Part shown: in pieces, positions 27,994-37,407 of the stretch
Layout of the letters: each line of letters starts with the position of its first letter
How positions within the stretch are numbered: the first letter of the stretch is position 1
From: an uncultured virus (IMG/VR IMGVR_UViG_3300027917_000045)
Lineage: Duplodnaviria; Heunggongvirae; Uroviricota; Caudoviricetes
Length of the DNA stretch: 64,000 nt
Reading direction: 5' to 3' (one strand)
IMG/VR virus record: IMGVR_UViG_3300027917_000045
Notes under the pieces: generated by a model
The model's database searches: none
Told to the model about the DNA's origin: nothing
Seen by the model: the letters and a program-made list of their open reading frames with translations, nothing else
Made by a program: the position numbers and the translations under genes

Positions 27994-28031
27994 GAAGAGG
28001 AGAGACCTTCACAAGGAGAGGAGTTCTGAAC

Positions 28032-29690
28032 ATGCGTTACCAACAGCACTATTCCACTCGTCACACCCCACAGACCCAGCCCATCCCCGGTAAGAAGATG
28101 GTTGAGATGGAGTCTGGGGGTTTTGCGTATAAGGTAGACAAGTGGACACAGCTGGATCGTTTCCTCATCCTAGGTACGCAGGGTGGAACCTACTATATAG
28201 GGGAGAGGGAGCTCACCGTAAAGAACTGTGATGCAGTAGTGGCCTGTATCAAGGAGGATGGAGTACGTCTGGTCAACAGGGTAGTAGAGGTATCCGATCA
28301 GGGCCTCGCACCCAAGAATGACCCTGCTCTATTCGTCTTGGCTATGGCCTCTGCGTTCGGTGACGAGAAGACTAGAGCGTATGCGTTCGAGGCACTAGAT
28401 CGTGTCGCTCGTATCGGCACCCACCTGTTCCAGTTCTGCGACTTTCGTGAGGCGTTCGCTGGTTGGGGCAGGGGTATGCGCTCTGCTGTATCCAACTGGT
28501 ACACTCGTAAGGAAGAGAGCAGACTGGCTTACCAACTGCTCAAGTACAAGCAGCGTAATGGTTGGAGCCACCGTGATGTGCTACGACTGGCACACCCCAA
28601 GCCTCAGAACGAAACGCAGAATGCCCTGTTCAAGTACACGACTCAGGGTATAGAGAAGATGGAGGTTGAAGAGAGACAGTTCCTACCTAATCAGGTGAAG
28701 GCGTATGAGGAGGTAGCTTACGCCCACCAGAATGATCAGATGAATGTAGAGAGCCTCATTCAGTACATCCAGAGGGACAGGCTCACTCGTGAGATGATCC
28801 CGACTGAGTACCTGAATGATCGCAACGTCATGGCTGCGATGTTGAACGACATGCCCATGCACGCACTGATCAGGAACCTAGGGAACCTGACTCGCATTGG
28901 TGTATTGGCTCCACTGTCTGATAACAGCAAGTACGTAGCAGACAAGCTGGTTGTGGCTGAAGCTATCCACCGCTCTCGACTGCACCCGTTCAGTATCCTT
29001 GCAGCTTCCAGTGTGTATGGACAGGGGCATGGTGCTAGAGGTAGAGGTGAGTGGACCCCTGATCAGCAGATTATGAACGCACTAGAAGCAGCGTTCTACC
29101 TGTCGTTCCAGAACGTGGTGCCTTCTGGTAAGAAGATCGTGTGTGGTATCGACTGGTCCGGTTCTATGGGTGGGCCTCGTAGTTACAGTGGGCGGTACTC
29201 TTACGGTGGGTACGGTATCAACGGTGTCCCCGGTATGAGCCCTGCCTATGGTGCTGCTGCTATGGCACTGATCACCAACGAGACAGAGGATCAGGTGCAT
29301 AACGTGGTGTTCGCAGGCACTATCAAGGACATTAGCCTGCGTAAGGGTATGAAGTTGAGTGAGGTAATGGAACTCACCGCCCGTGGTGTGGGTGAGGGTA
29401 CTGACTGTGCTCTGCCTCTGCGCTATGCCATGTCTTCGGGTATGCCTGCGGTGGATGCGTTCGTGCTTTACACCGACTCTCAATCTTGGCGTGGACCAAA
29501 GCATGTGAGTCAGGTCATAGATATGTACCGTCAGCACTACAGTCACCCGACCAAGCTGGTTGTCGTTCAGATGACGAGCAACGATTACAGTGTGGCTGAT
29601 GCTCAGGATGACCCGCTCAGTCTGAACGTGATCGGGTTCGATACCTCCGCACCTAAGATCATCAGTGACTTTGTTGCTGGGAGGTTCTAA
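28032..29690 (+). CDS. rsr: Ro60/Rsr TROVE + vWA domain RNA-binding protein
   Basis: GGFAYKVDKWTQLDRFLILGTQGGTYY, GWGRGMR, KYKQRNGWSHRDVLRLAHP, ALIRNLG, MIDAS DWSGSM, GTDCALP, YTD, GFD. Confidence 0.95.
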   Translation: MRYQQHYSTRHTPQTQPIPGKKMVEMESGGFAYKVDKWTQLDRFLILGTQGGTYYIGERELTVKNCDAVVACIKEDGVRLVNRVVEVSDQGLAPKNDPALFVLAMASAFGDEKTRAYAFEALDRVARIGTHLFQFCDFREAFAGWGRGMRSAVSNWYTRKEESRLAYQLLKYKQRNGWSHRDVLRLAHPKPQNETQNALFKYTTQGIEKMEVEERQFLPNQVKAYEEVAYAHQNDQMNVESLIQYIQRDRLTREMIPTEYLNDRNVMAAMLNDMPMHALIRNLGNLTRIGVLAPLSDNSKYVADKLVVAEAIHRSRLHPFSILAASSVYGQGHGARGRGEWTPDQQIMNALEAAFYLSFQNVVPSGKKIVCGIDWSGSMGGPRSYSGRYSYGGYGINGVPGMSPAYGAAAMALITNETEDQVHNVVFAGTIKDISLRKGMKLSEVMELTARGVGEGTDCALPLRYAMSSGMPAVDAFVLYTDSQSWRGPKHVSQVIDMYRQHYSHPTKLVVVQMTSNDYSVADAQDDPLSLNVIGFDTSAPKIISDFVAGRF

Positions 29691-30023
29691 ATGCCATACA
29701 TAAACAGAGAAGCTAGGAAGAGATGGGAGAACTCATTGACTAGGATGCAGTATGTGTTCAACGATGAGGGTCCTGTCTATGCAGGAGAACTGAACTATCT
29801 AATTACTAAGATCATTACCTTCTACCTAGAGAAATACGGACTAACCTACGCATCTATTAACAACGTGATGGGAGTTCTCTCTTGTATACCACACGAGATG
29901 TACAATAGGTTGTTCTATCCCTATGAGGTGTACAAGAGACAAGAACACGGGGATGTACTACCCCAGTTCATCGACCTACAAATCAAGGGAAGGGAGAAGC
30001 AAGCCGTTGGATCGCCTGACTAG
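29691..30023 (+). CDS. Conserved phage protein (MPYI...GELNY...; DUF6899-like)
   Basis: MPYI, AGELNYLITKI, PYE..K...GDV pattern. Confidence 0.65.
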   Translation: MPYINREARKRWENSLTRMQYVFNDEGPVYAGELNYLITKIITFYLEKYGLTYASINNVMGVLSCIPHEMYNRLFYPYEVYKRQEHGDVLPQFIDLQIKGREKQAVGSPD

Positions 30024-30243
30024 AGAACAAGACGATCAACTGATCATGGCTGCGGGTGTACGAGTAGGGTGCCCGTGGTTAGACGAGAAGACAGGAGAAC
30101 CAGAGATCTTACTGTTAGTACAGTTGAACGAAGAGGATGGAGTAGAAGACTGGGTGTATTGTGTGTTTGACCCTATAGGTGCAGTAGCATTAGCTAAGAA
30201 AGTGTTGTCCTTTGCTGATCAGATACACAAGAGCATGAACTAA
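29923..30243 (+). CDS. Hypothetical protein (start uncertain)
   Basis: ORF track; true start probably further downstream. Confidence 0.45.
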   Translation: MRCTRDKNTGMYYPSSSTYKSREGRSKPLDRLTREQDDQLIMAAGVRVGCPWLDEKTGEPEILLLVQLNEEDGVEDWVYCVFDPIGAVALAKKVLSFADQIHKSMN

Positions 30244-30250
30244 TGAAGGT

Positions 30251-30285
30251 GGGCGCTCCCCTTTACACACGGAGCGCCCCCCTTT
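30251..30285 (+). terminator. Probable intrinsic terminator ending the Ro60 operon
   Basis: GGGCGCTCC...GGAGCGCCC stem followed by CCTTT. Confidence 0.5.
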
Positions 30286-30306
30286 ACACAACGAAAGGAG
30301 CTAGAG

Positions 30307-30504
30307 ATGTGGGTTGCAGAGATACTTGTACTAGTGGTAGTGTTCCTAGCAGGGGTCTCAATAGGTCTTGCAATAAACAGTGAGCCCTCGTACTCAGGCA
30401 AGCAACAGAGTTTGCCGCTGTCGGATATTGCCGACGAGATGGTTCGCCTTATCACCGACGAGTTTATCCTGATACCTAGAACGAAAGGAGAGCAAGATGA
30501 CTGA
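30307..30504 (+). CDS. Small membrane protein
   Basis: AAGGAG SD; TM segment. Confidence 0.55.
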   Translation: MWVAEILVLVVVFLAGVSIGLAINSEPSYSGKQQSLPLSDIADEMVRLITDEFILIPRTKGEQDD

Positions 30505-31039
30505 CCAAGACCATCCTCACTTCGAGGACTTCAAGGACCAACTGAAAGACGGCTCGGACAAGATACAGGAGTACGTCAAGGGGGAGCTGGAGAGGGTTGG
30601 GATGAAGAGTACGAATGTCAGCAAGAGGGATTACATCGCAGCCATTGACTCTTTCATGCGAGTGATTGGTGGTAAGGAGGAGGTATGGAACCCTACCGAC
30701 AGAGCCTTGCACATGGTTATTGATCTAGCAACCGTGGCAAACCTGCGTATACAGTCCCCATTAGTAGCCATACTAACAGCTGCCGAGATCATACGCACTG
30801 CAAAGGCCAGCCTAAAGAAAGAGCTTGCTAAGTGGAAGTCCCTTGGTCTGGCGGATGACATGACTATTAACTGGGAGGAGCAGTTGGACAGAGCGTTTAA
30901 GGATGTGTCTCTTGTTGCTGGGGACATGATGGTGATCTTTGCAGCAGGGATAGAGGCGGGTGTTTATGATGACCTTAGCATAGAGGATGTACTGAGAAAT
31001 GGCCTCACCGACAGAGGCAGCGACAGCAAACCTGCGTAG
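30497..31039 (+). CDS. Hypothetical protein
   Basis: AAGGAG SD; ORF. Confidence 0.6.
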   Translation: MTDQDHPHFEDFKDQLKDGSDKIQEYVKGELERVGMKSTNVSKRDYIAAIDSFMRVIGGKEEVWNPTDRALHMVIDLATVANLRIQSPLVAILTAAEIIRTAKASLKKELAKWKSLGLADDMTINWEEQLDRAFKDVSLVAGDMMVIFAAGIEAGVYDDLSIEDVLRNGLTDRGSDSKPA

Positions 31040-31442
31040 GTGGATTGCAAGTGAACCTGATGAGACTGACGCCAACTGGTTGAAGGAGCTAAGCAAGCTA
31101 GGGTTCATTGGTGATGAGGCGAAGGAGATTCTTTGGCAAGCACAGTGGTCAGTTGAGATGCTCGGGTTCAACTGGGTGGTCAGGTATAGAGGCAAGGTGA
31201 TGGGATCGTATATCACAGCAGACGTAGCACAACGCAGACTACCTGAGTTACAGGAGAAGTACAACGGCGGTGTGCCCTCTAGCAGTAAGCGTAAGCTAGA
31301 GTGGTACGTTGATATGCCTGATGGTGAGAAGCTGGGTCCCTATCTAGCCTCTAAAGAGTTCGTCAGGGATCACATCATGCGTAAGCAGGGCAGGAACAAG
31401 CGCCTTGCTAATGGTACTAAGATCTACAGAAAGGAGAGGTAG
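30999..31442 (+). CDS. Hypothetical protein
   Basis: ORF overlapping the upstream gene. Confidence 0.55.
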   Translation: MASPTEAATANLRRWIASEPDETDANWLKELSKLGFIGDEAKEILWQAQWSVEMLGFNWVVRYRGKVMGSYITADVAQRRLPELQEKYNGGVPSSSKRKLEWYVDMPDGEKLGPYLASKEFVRDHIMRKQGRNKRLANGTKIYRKER

Positions 31443-31688
31443 ATGGGAGATAACAGGGGCGGTGTGTGGCACGCTAGGTTAGGGTTCGGCCACGATGGCA
31501 CTGGCAATCAGTCACGGAGACACCCTGACAGATACGCCAAGACAGTGAACAGTCTGATCAAGCGTGGTATTCTACAGCCCCTAGCACTAGAGACAATGCG
31601 TCCTTGCGAGGATGCCGTGCTAATGTCAGTAGATGCTGACTACGCACGGGAAACCAATCACCGAACACTAACAAGAGGAGAAGTACCC

Positions 31689-31901
31689 ATGCAGAACATC
31701 AGACTCAACGTCACTGATGACGACAGGCTGATCATCGAAGTGCAGTTGAAAGAGGGCGGCAAAGGCAAGGACAAGATCAAGTTCACGCCTAGTGCGTCTG
31801 GTAAGACCATCGTTGGTGCTAGCACGAGGGGCAACGTGGCTATCCCTGACACCGACTGGTTTCTAGGACTCAATCTGTACAAGTACCCCGATGCCGATTG
31901 A
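31689..31901 (+). CDS. Small conserved protein (PSASGKT...ASTRGN motif)
   Basis: AGGAG SD before ATG 31689; recognisable small-protein pattern of unknown function. Confidence 0.6.
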   Translation: MQNIRLNVTDDDRLIIEVQLKEGGKGKDKIKFTPSASGKTIVGASTRGNVAIPDTDWFLGLNLYKYPDAD

Positions 31902-32006
31902 GGCGCAGCAAGCGGGGCACTCGGGCTGGGGCATAGTTGTCCTAGCCCTACTGCTCTGGCAAGTGGTTCGTAGTGTCTTTCACTCTAACAAGAAAGGATA
32001 CTAACC

Positions 32007-32492
32007 TTGGCTGGGAAAGAGAGAGATGGTGGGTGGGCAGTCTTGAAGCTGGAAAGATTGGCAGAGAGAGTAGTCAATGCCATTCGTAATTGTCCCTATG
32101 TCTACGATGGGGATGCAGAGTTGTATAGATTCCTACTCAACCACGGTGGATGCGAGTCTTGCGGTAGATATGTGAGTATAGAGGAGTTGTTTCACGGTGA
32201 GGATAAGGGCATCTCTTGCTGTACATACTGTCTAGAAGAGAAGCCAAAGGACGAAGCGAGAGAACTACCGACAGGCTCACTGTACGGTGAACATGCTGCT
32301 GCTAGGGTAGACGCTATAAGGACAGCTGTAGCCAACCACACCGCAGATATAGCTACTCTAGAGAAACTGTATAACAAGATGCGTAGCTCTAACATAGAGG
32401 CTCACGCTTTCTTAGGGGGCAGGATCAACGCACTAGCAGCGCAAGTGGAATATCTACAGTCCAGAGTAAAGGAGATACCTAATGATTCTTGA
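32007..32492 (+). CDS. Zn-finger plus coiled-coil hypothetical protein
   Basis: CESCG...CCTYC. Confidence 0.5.
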   Translation: MAGKERDGGWAVLKLERLAERVVNAIRNCPYVYDGDAELYRFLLNHGGCESCGRYVSIEELFHGEDKGISCCTYCLEEKPKDEARELPTGSLYGEHAAARVDAIRTAVANHTADIATLEKLYNKMRSSNIEAHAFLGGRINALAAQVEYLQSRVKEIPNDS

Positions 32493-32745
32493 GTATCGGA
32501 AGGATGAAGAAGGCTGTGAGGTACAGGTCATACTGTCTAGAGAAGAAGCTCTGGTACTGATCGAAGACCTAGACAACATACACTGTTACTGCGAAGACGA
32601 CTACGATCAAACGTACAACATGCCTGTACTACACGGTATGTTCGAGGAGATGAAACCTAAGCTAGAGGAAGATCAACATGCCCAAGGCAGCGAAGACAAA
32701 CGACAAGAAGAAAGAGAAGAAGGCACCAAAGAAACTTCGCATTGA
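32482..32745 (+). CDS. Hypothetical protein
   Basis: AAGGAG SD. Confidence 0.5.
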   Translation: MILEYRKDEEGCEVQVILSREEALVLIEDLDNIHCYCEDDYDQTYNMPVLHGMFEEMKPKLEEDQHAQGSEDKRQEEREEGTKETSH

Positions 32746-32989
32746 TGTCAAGCCGACTGTCACTATCACCAACGGTCCGAAGATCAAGAGCTATGATGGG
32801 TACGGCTTCTACAGTGGTACTCAAACATTGAACGGCACTATCAAAGACGGTAAGTTCAAAGCAGAGCTTGGTTGTTATCACCCAACCTTCACCCGTGCTG
32901 ACATCAAGGCGATGATCAAGTTCTGGACTCAGCTTGACGAGGCGATGGACATCAAGTTCGTCATCGCTAAGAAGGGAGCGAAGAAGTAA
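32678..32989 (+). CDS. Basic hypothetical protein
   Basis: Lys-rich; GAGG SD. Confidence 0.55.
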   Translation: MPKAAKTNDKKKEKKAPKKLRIDVKPTVTITNGPKIKSYDGYGFYSGTQTLNGTIKDGKFKAELGCYHPTFTRADIKAMIKFWTQLDEAMDIKFVIAKKGAKK

Positions 32990-33023
32990 TGCAAGACCTA
33001 ATGCATCAGGAGGTGGCCCATAG

Positions 33024-33260
33024 ATGACTAGAAAAGACTACATCAAGACCGCTGAGATGATAGCGTATGAGCCTCGTAATCATGCGGGGCTTACGTTGTT
33101 CATCTGTAAGCTGTACTCACAGTACGAGAACTTTGATGAGTACAAGTTCAGGAAGTACGTAGCTAAGTTGTTACATGGCAGGGGGTTAGGGTTTGCAGCA
33201 TACGCTGTTACACCCGAGCCTACTGACGATACGCAACTGCACCTAGAGGAGAAACCGTGA
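33024..33260 (+). CDS. Small phage protein (MTRKDY... type)
   Basis: AGGAGG SD; MTRKDY...NFDEYKF pattern. Confidence 0.6.
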   Translation: MTRKDYIKTAEMIAYEPRNHAGLTLFICKLYSQYENFDEYKFRKYVAKLLHGRGLGFAAYAVTPEPTDDTQLHLEEKP

Positions 33261-34093
33261 TGGCAGAGAAAGAGAACCCAGTAGAGGAGACACTGGAGTT
33301 AGTACCATCGTCAGAGAAAGAGAACGGCAAGTCTACTCTCCCTCTAGAGTGGCCGGAGATGGTGTCCGAACACGCATCACTTGATACCGTTCTCAAGGTA
33401 GCGTTCAACTCCATACTCAAGGAGTTTTACAAGAGCATCTCTGATAAGTTCATGGATGAGATGCTAACGAGAGCGAAGAACATGCTTGGTGATGAGGTGA
33501 ACAGACACATCAATCGTATCTCTAGGGGTGGAGACTACCCTCAAGAATGGGATGATCTATGTGGCAGACTATCCTATCTAGAGGACGAAACACCAAGCTT
33601 GGATACGGTGCGGGAAACAGCCGCCGATGTCGCTACTGATGCAGCGTATGAGGCTGCTAGGGATGCGATACAGGAGATAGACTTCGAGCGTGAGTGTGAT
33701 GATCTCATCGAAGCCAAGGTAGACAGTGCCAAGGATGATCTATTCTATGACCTGTCTAGAGACCTTGAGAAGTTCGTGCTTGATAAGCTAGGTAAGCACA
33801 ACACTGACGATGGTGCTGACTTGAAGCGCATGAGTGATGACATAGCTCAGTTACAGCGTGATAAGCAGACCATCGTTGACAGTTATAACCTACTCAAGAC
33901 CAGAGTAGAGGGGTTGGAGAACACCACTGATCTAGGACGCCTGAAGAAGCAGGTTGATGCTGTGATAGAAGACATCAATCACATCACATCCACTACAGAA
34001 GAAGCCAGTAACATGGTACGCGAGACATCAGATGCGTTGGATCGTGTAGGCAGGCACCTCTCTAGTGCCGGAGATGCAGCGCGTGGTTGTTGA
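33257..34093 (+). CDS. Coiled-coil hypothetical protein
   Basis: 278-aa acidic helical ORF; GAGGAG SD. Confidence 0.6.
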   Translation: MMAEKENPVEETLELVPSSEKENGKSTLPLEWPEMVSEHASLDTVLKVAFNSILKEFYKSISDKFMDEMLTRAKNMLGDEVNRHINRISRGGDYPQEWDDLCGRLSYLEDETPSLDTVRETAADVATDAAYEAARDAIQEIDFERECDDLIEAKVDSAKDDLFYDLSRDLEKFVLDKLGKHNTDDGADLKRMSDDIAQLQRDKQTIVDSYNLLKTRVEGLENTTDLGRLKKQVDAVIEDINHITSTTEEASNMVRETSDALDRVGRHLSSAGDAARGC

Positions 34094-34253
34094 TGCTTTG
34101 TGTTACACGCTTTGTGTTACACTGAGAGGGCAGCTGGCCCTATCTTAGCTAGTAGAAACGTCATCCTTTCTAGTACACTTTTGCAGTACCCCTTGAAGCA
34201 GGTACTCTCCAGTACCCTACTAGTTAGCCAGCTACCCCTCAGTTCTACAAGTA

Positions 34254-34282
34254 ACAGTGTTTGCGGCCACCGTAGATTGGGG
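34254..34282 (+). promoter_or_regulatory. Repeated motif copy A (putative phage promoter/operator)
   Basis: ACAGTGTTTGCGGCCACCGTAGATTGGGG; related copies at 37582, 38869 and 39330. Confidence 0.5.
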
Positions 34283-34325
34283 TGTCGGTCGGTCGCACTA
34301 CTCACTTAGCTAGAAGGAGAGTTGT

Positions 34326-34541
34326 ATGAACTGGTACATGGCAGCACTAGCGATTGCGCTAGGGATCTTCGTAGCCAACCTAGCTAACATGCTAGTCATG
34401 GCTGGGGTCAGACAGTGGACCCTGAAGAAGATGCAGAGGCAGATGGCAGAGCAGGCACAAGCCCTGCAAGACGAGTTTGAACAGAAGCACGGCGGTCTCG
34501 GGGATGAACTGGAATCCTTGAGAGACGAGGGGGTGATCTAG
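34326..34541 (+). CDS. Small membrane protein
   Basis: AAGGAG SD; N-terminal TM. Confidence 0.6.
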   Translation: MNWYMAALAIALGIFVANLANMLVMAGVRQWTLKKMQRQMAEQAQALQDEFEQKHGGLGDELESLRDEGVI

Positions 34542-34784
34542 ATGAAAGCCAAGTTCCTCAAATGGCTGGAGCGCAAGCTGTTCGAGTGGTTCACTTGGAG
34601 AGTCGTTACCAAGACTGAATGGACACACATCGACAACGCCATTCAAGAGCTGAACCGCTACTACCATACCAGTGGGTACCTGAGCAGCACTGGCAAGCAC
34701 ATCAAGAAGAAGCTCCGGCGCAAGATAGGGAACATCAATCGTGCAGTATACAGAGACATAGCTGGGAAGTACCAACCCAAGTGA
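34542..34784 (+). CDS. Hypothetical protein
   Basis: Abuts the upstream stop. Confidence 0.55.
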   Translation: MKAKFLKWLERKLFEWFTWRVVTKTEWTHIDNAIQELNRYYHTSGYLSSTGKHIKKKLRRKIGNINRAVYRDIAGKYQPK

Positions 34785-34793
34785 GGTGAGACT

Positions 34794-36200
34794 GTGGCTA
34801 CTGACAAGCAAGAGGATATGTTCGAGGGAACAGAGTTCGATGCTGATGTTCTTATCCAGTCTGAGGTAGAAAGAGTGGATAGGATCTATAGTACTGGAAG
34901 ACCACGTATACACCCAAGGCTCTATGGTACAGAGCGTTGGGTCAAGTACTTGCTAGAGAAACACATAGATCTCGTTAGTCAGTGGGGTGGATGGCGTTGG
35001 CATGGTCCTTGGACCAAGATGAACGGCATCACTGAGGAGCAGGTAGGTGCATCACTGAGAAGCATGAACTGCCAGTGGAGTAGGGTGAAGAAGCAGATAA
35101 TTGATCTTCACTGGCTAGAGCTAGACCAGAAGTATGGATTCTCAGACCCCATTCAGCCTCTAGCGTTCGATAGTTGGTCTGGTAGAGTGGTAAACAACGA
35201 GTACACACCGAGAGAACGGGAAAGGATGGATGAGCAGTCTCTTGTGCAGATGGCGCTATCTTTCTTTGAGCCGAGTCTGGAGTGTTCATGGCTCAGTCAT
35301 CGTACTGCACAGACAGAGCATGAAGTATATCTCACTTATCACAGACACCGTTGGTCTTTCCTAGATGCACGAGAGCTGCTGGTGAGAACGAGGATTGAGG
35401 GAGAACTGCCCGACGACAGCGAGCCTATACTCATCAAGAAAGGTCAACGTGTGTCTGCTGCTGCTCTGCGTAAGGTTAGACAGACAGCCAAGCACCCATT
35501 TGTGAATAAGGTGCTCACTAAAGAGCAGATCAATGACTGTATAGGTGTGTGGGAGCATCTCTTTGAGAACATTGGTCATCAGTGGTCTAACACCACAGCG
35601 TATTCAGCAGTCACGTTCTCCTGTGCCCCGTCCACGTTTCTCAAGTTGGGGGAGATGGGCGATGGCTCTTGCTTCCGTGCCGGTGGAGAGTACGAGATCT
35701 CCAGAATGGTGATAGCAGAGGCTAAGAACTCCATAGTCTCAATGGTCTATCGTAATGATACTGGCGTGACTCCCAATGCTCTGCCTAAACCGGAGTCACT
35801 GTTAGTAGGTAGGGCACACCCTGTATCTGGCAGAGCGTGGGGTATAGGAGTACCCTCACTTGGCTGCTCGTTGACCAACTTCTATACACTACCAAGAGCG
35901 ACACAGATACCACTCTTGAAAGCCGCAGCATCAACAGCTTTCAAGTGTACTCAGCCAGTCACGGACGAACACTCGGACGGGAGTCCTCTTAGTAGTCTTG
36001 GCCGTGGTGATCTGGTGTATCACAATGGAGACTCTATAGATCTCGTCAGCAGAGTGAACATCAACCTGTATACAACCAAACTCATCGAGTGTGTTAGGGA
36101 TGGAAGCACTATCTCTGACTATTACGAGAACGTTAGACCAGACGAGGAGGACGAATACTATGAACCAGCCGACCCTGAAGATGATAGAGAGTGGATCTGA
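34794..36200 (+). CDS. Hypothetical protein with GSCF motif
   Basis: 468-aa ORF; LKLGEMGDGSCF...GRAW. Confidence 0.6.
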   Translation: MATDKQEDMFEGTEFDADVLIQSEVERVDRIYSTGRPRIHPRLYGTERWVKYLLEKHIDLVSQWGGWRWHGPWTKMNGITEEQVGASLRSMNCQWSRVKKQIIDLHWLELDQKYGFSDPIQPLAFDSWSGRVVNNEYTPRERERMDEQSLVQMALSFFEPSLECSWLSHRTAQTEHEVYLTYHRHRWSFLDARELLVRTRIEGELPDDSEPILIKKGQRVSAAALRKVRQTAKHPFVNKVLTKEQINDCIGVWEHLFENIGHQWSNTTAYSAVTFSCAPSTFLKLGEMGDGSCFRAGGEYEISRMVIAEAKNSIVSMVYRNDTGVTPNALPKPESLLVGRAHPVSGRAWGIGVPSLGCSLTNFYTLPRATQIPLLKAAASTAFKCTQPVTDEHSDGSPLSSLGRGDLVYHNGDSIDLVSRVNINLYTTKLIECVRDGSTISDYYENVRPDEEDEYYEPADPEDDREWI

Positions 36201-37341
36201 GGAGACTGTCAGTCCACTGATGGCGCAGTATGTGGAGGAGATGCGCTTCAGGACACAGCTTACAGAGTTCATGCAGATGGATGAGAGAGAGGTACTGAAA
36301 AGGTTCCACTCTCTAGACAGGGATAAAGGCATCAACACCGAGCTGTACTGCTATATCGAAGGGACAAGAGAGGACAAGGTTCTGTTAGTAGCACACGCAG
36401 ACACCGTGTTCCCTTCGCCGCCGTCCTCTATCAACTGGACTGGTAACACAGCAGTCAACGGTGCACCCCGTATCACTGTTATTGAGAAGGGTGTAACCAA
36501 GTACATCAACAACCCCAACGGCATCGGCGCAGATGACAGAGCAGGGTGCGCTATGTTGTGGAATCTCAAGCACTTAGGGCACTCCATTCTAATCACTACT
36601 GGTGAGGAGAGTGGGTGTGTCGGTGCTATGGCTGCGGCCCATGATCTCAAGGACAGACTGGGCAAGCATCAGTTTGCAGTAGAGATAGACAGACGGGGTG
36701 ACAGAGAGTACGTGTTCTATGACGTCAGTACCGACGAGTTCGAGGACTGGACAAGAGCGCAGACTCATGGTTTCTGGCATGAAGGGTTCGGTACCTACAC
36801 TGACATCACCTTCATTTGTGAGAGAGTAGGTATCTGCGGAGTGAACTTCAGTGCGGGCTACCAGTTTGAACACACCCAATACGAGAGCCTGAATCTGGAT
36901 GCGTGGATGAGAACCCACGCCATGCTGACAGAGATACTCAGTAAGGAGGAGATACCCAAGTTCCCTTTAACTATAAGGGCATCTACAAGTGGGGTGTGGC
37001 ACGGAGGCTGGGACGAAAGATGGCTAGACTGGTCGGGAGATCCAGAGGAGTGGGCTCGTACAAAGAAGTCTGGCGATCACCGGATGAGAAGAAGGTCTGA
37101 TACATACTACTGTGACACCTGTGGTTGGCCTGAAGAAGACTGTGCTTGTGATGAAAACGCAGACGGTGAGATCCTTTGTCTATACTGTGGCTCACTGATA
37201 AACAACTGCCTGTGTCGCATGGCAATAGAGTCGTCACCGGATAGCTGCCCTTCTTGCGGTAGTGTCACTGATTACGACAAGCATGACGAGATCTGCTTGA
37301 GATGTGACGTAGACAGGGTAGTAGATTTGGGGAGTGACTAA
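36160..37341 (+). CDS. M20/M28-like zinc peptidase with Cys-rich C-terminus
   Basis: LVAHADTV, GADDRAG, GEESG, EIDRRG, YTD, GY..EHT; GAGGAGG SD before ATG 36160. Confidence 0.8.
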   Translation: MNQPTLKMIESGSEETVSPLMAQYVEEMRFRTQLTEFMQMDEREVLKRFHSLDRDKGINTELYCYIEGTREDKVLLVAHADTVFPSPPSSINWTGNTAVNGAPRITVIEKGVTKYINNPNGIGADDRAGCAMLWNLKHLGHSILITTGEESGCVGAMAAAHDLKDRLGKHQFAVEIDRRGDREYVFYDVSTDEFEDWTRAQTHGFWHEGFGTYTDITFICERVGICGVNFSAGYQFEHTQYESLNLDAWMRTHAMLTEILSKEEIPKFPLTIRASTSGVWHGGWDERWLDWSGDPEEWARTKKSGDHRMRRRSDTYYCDTCGWPEEDCACDENADGEILCLYCGSLINNCLCRMAIESSPDSCPSCGSVTDYDKHDEICLRCDVDRVVDLGSD

Positions 37342-37407
37342 TGGAAGCAGCCTGCCTAGTATGTCTAGTAGTGCTGCTGTTTAGTTCATCTCTCAGAAAG
37401 GAATGAC

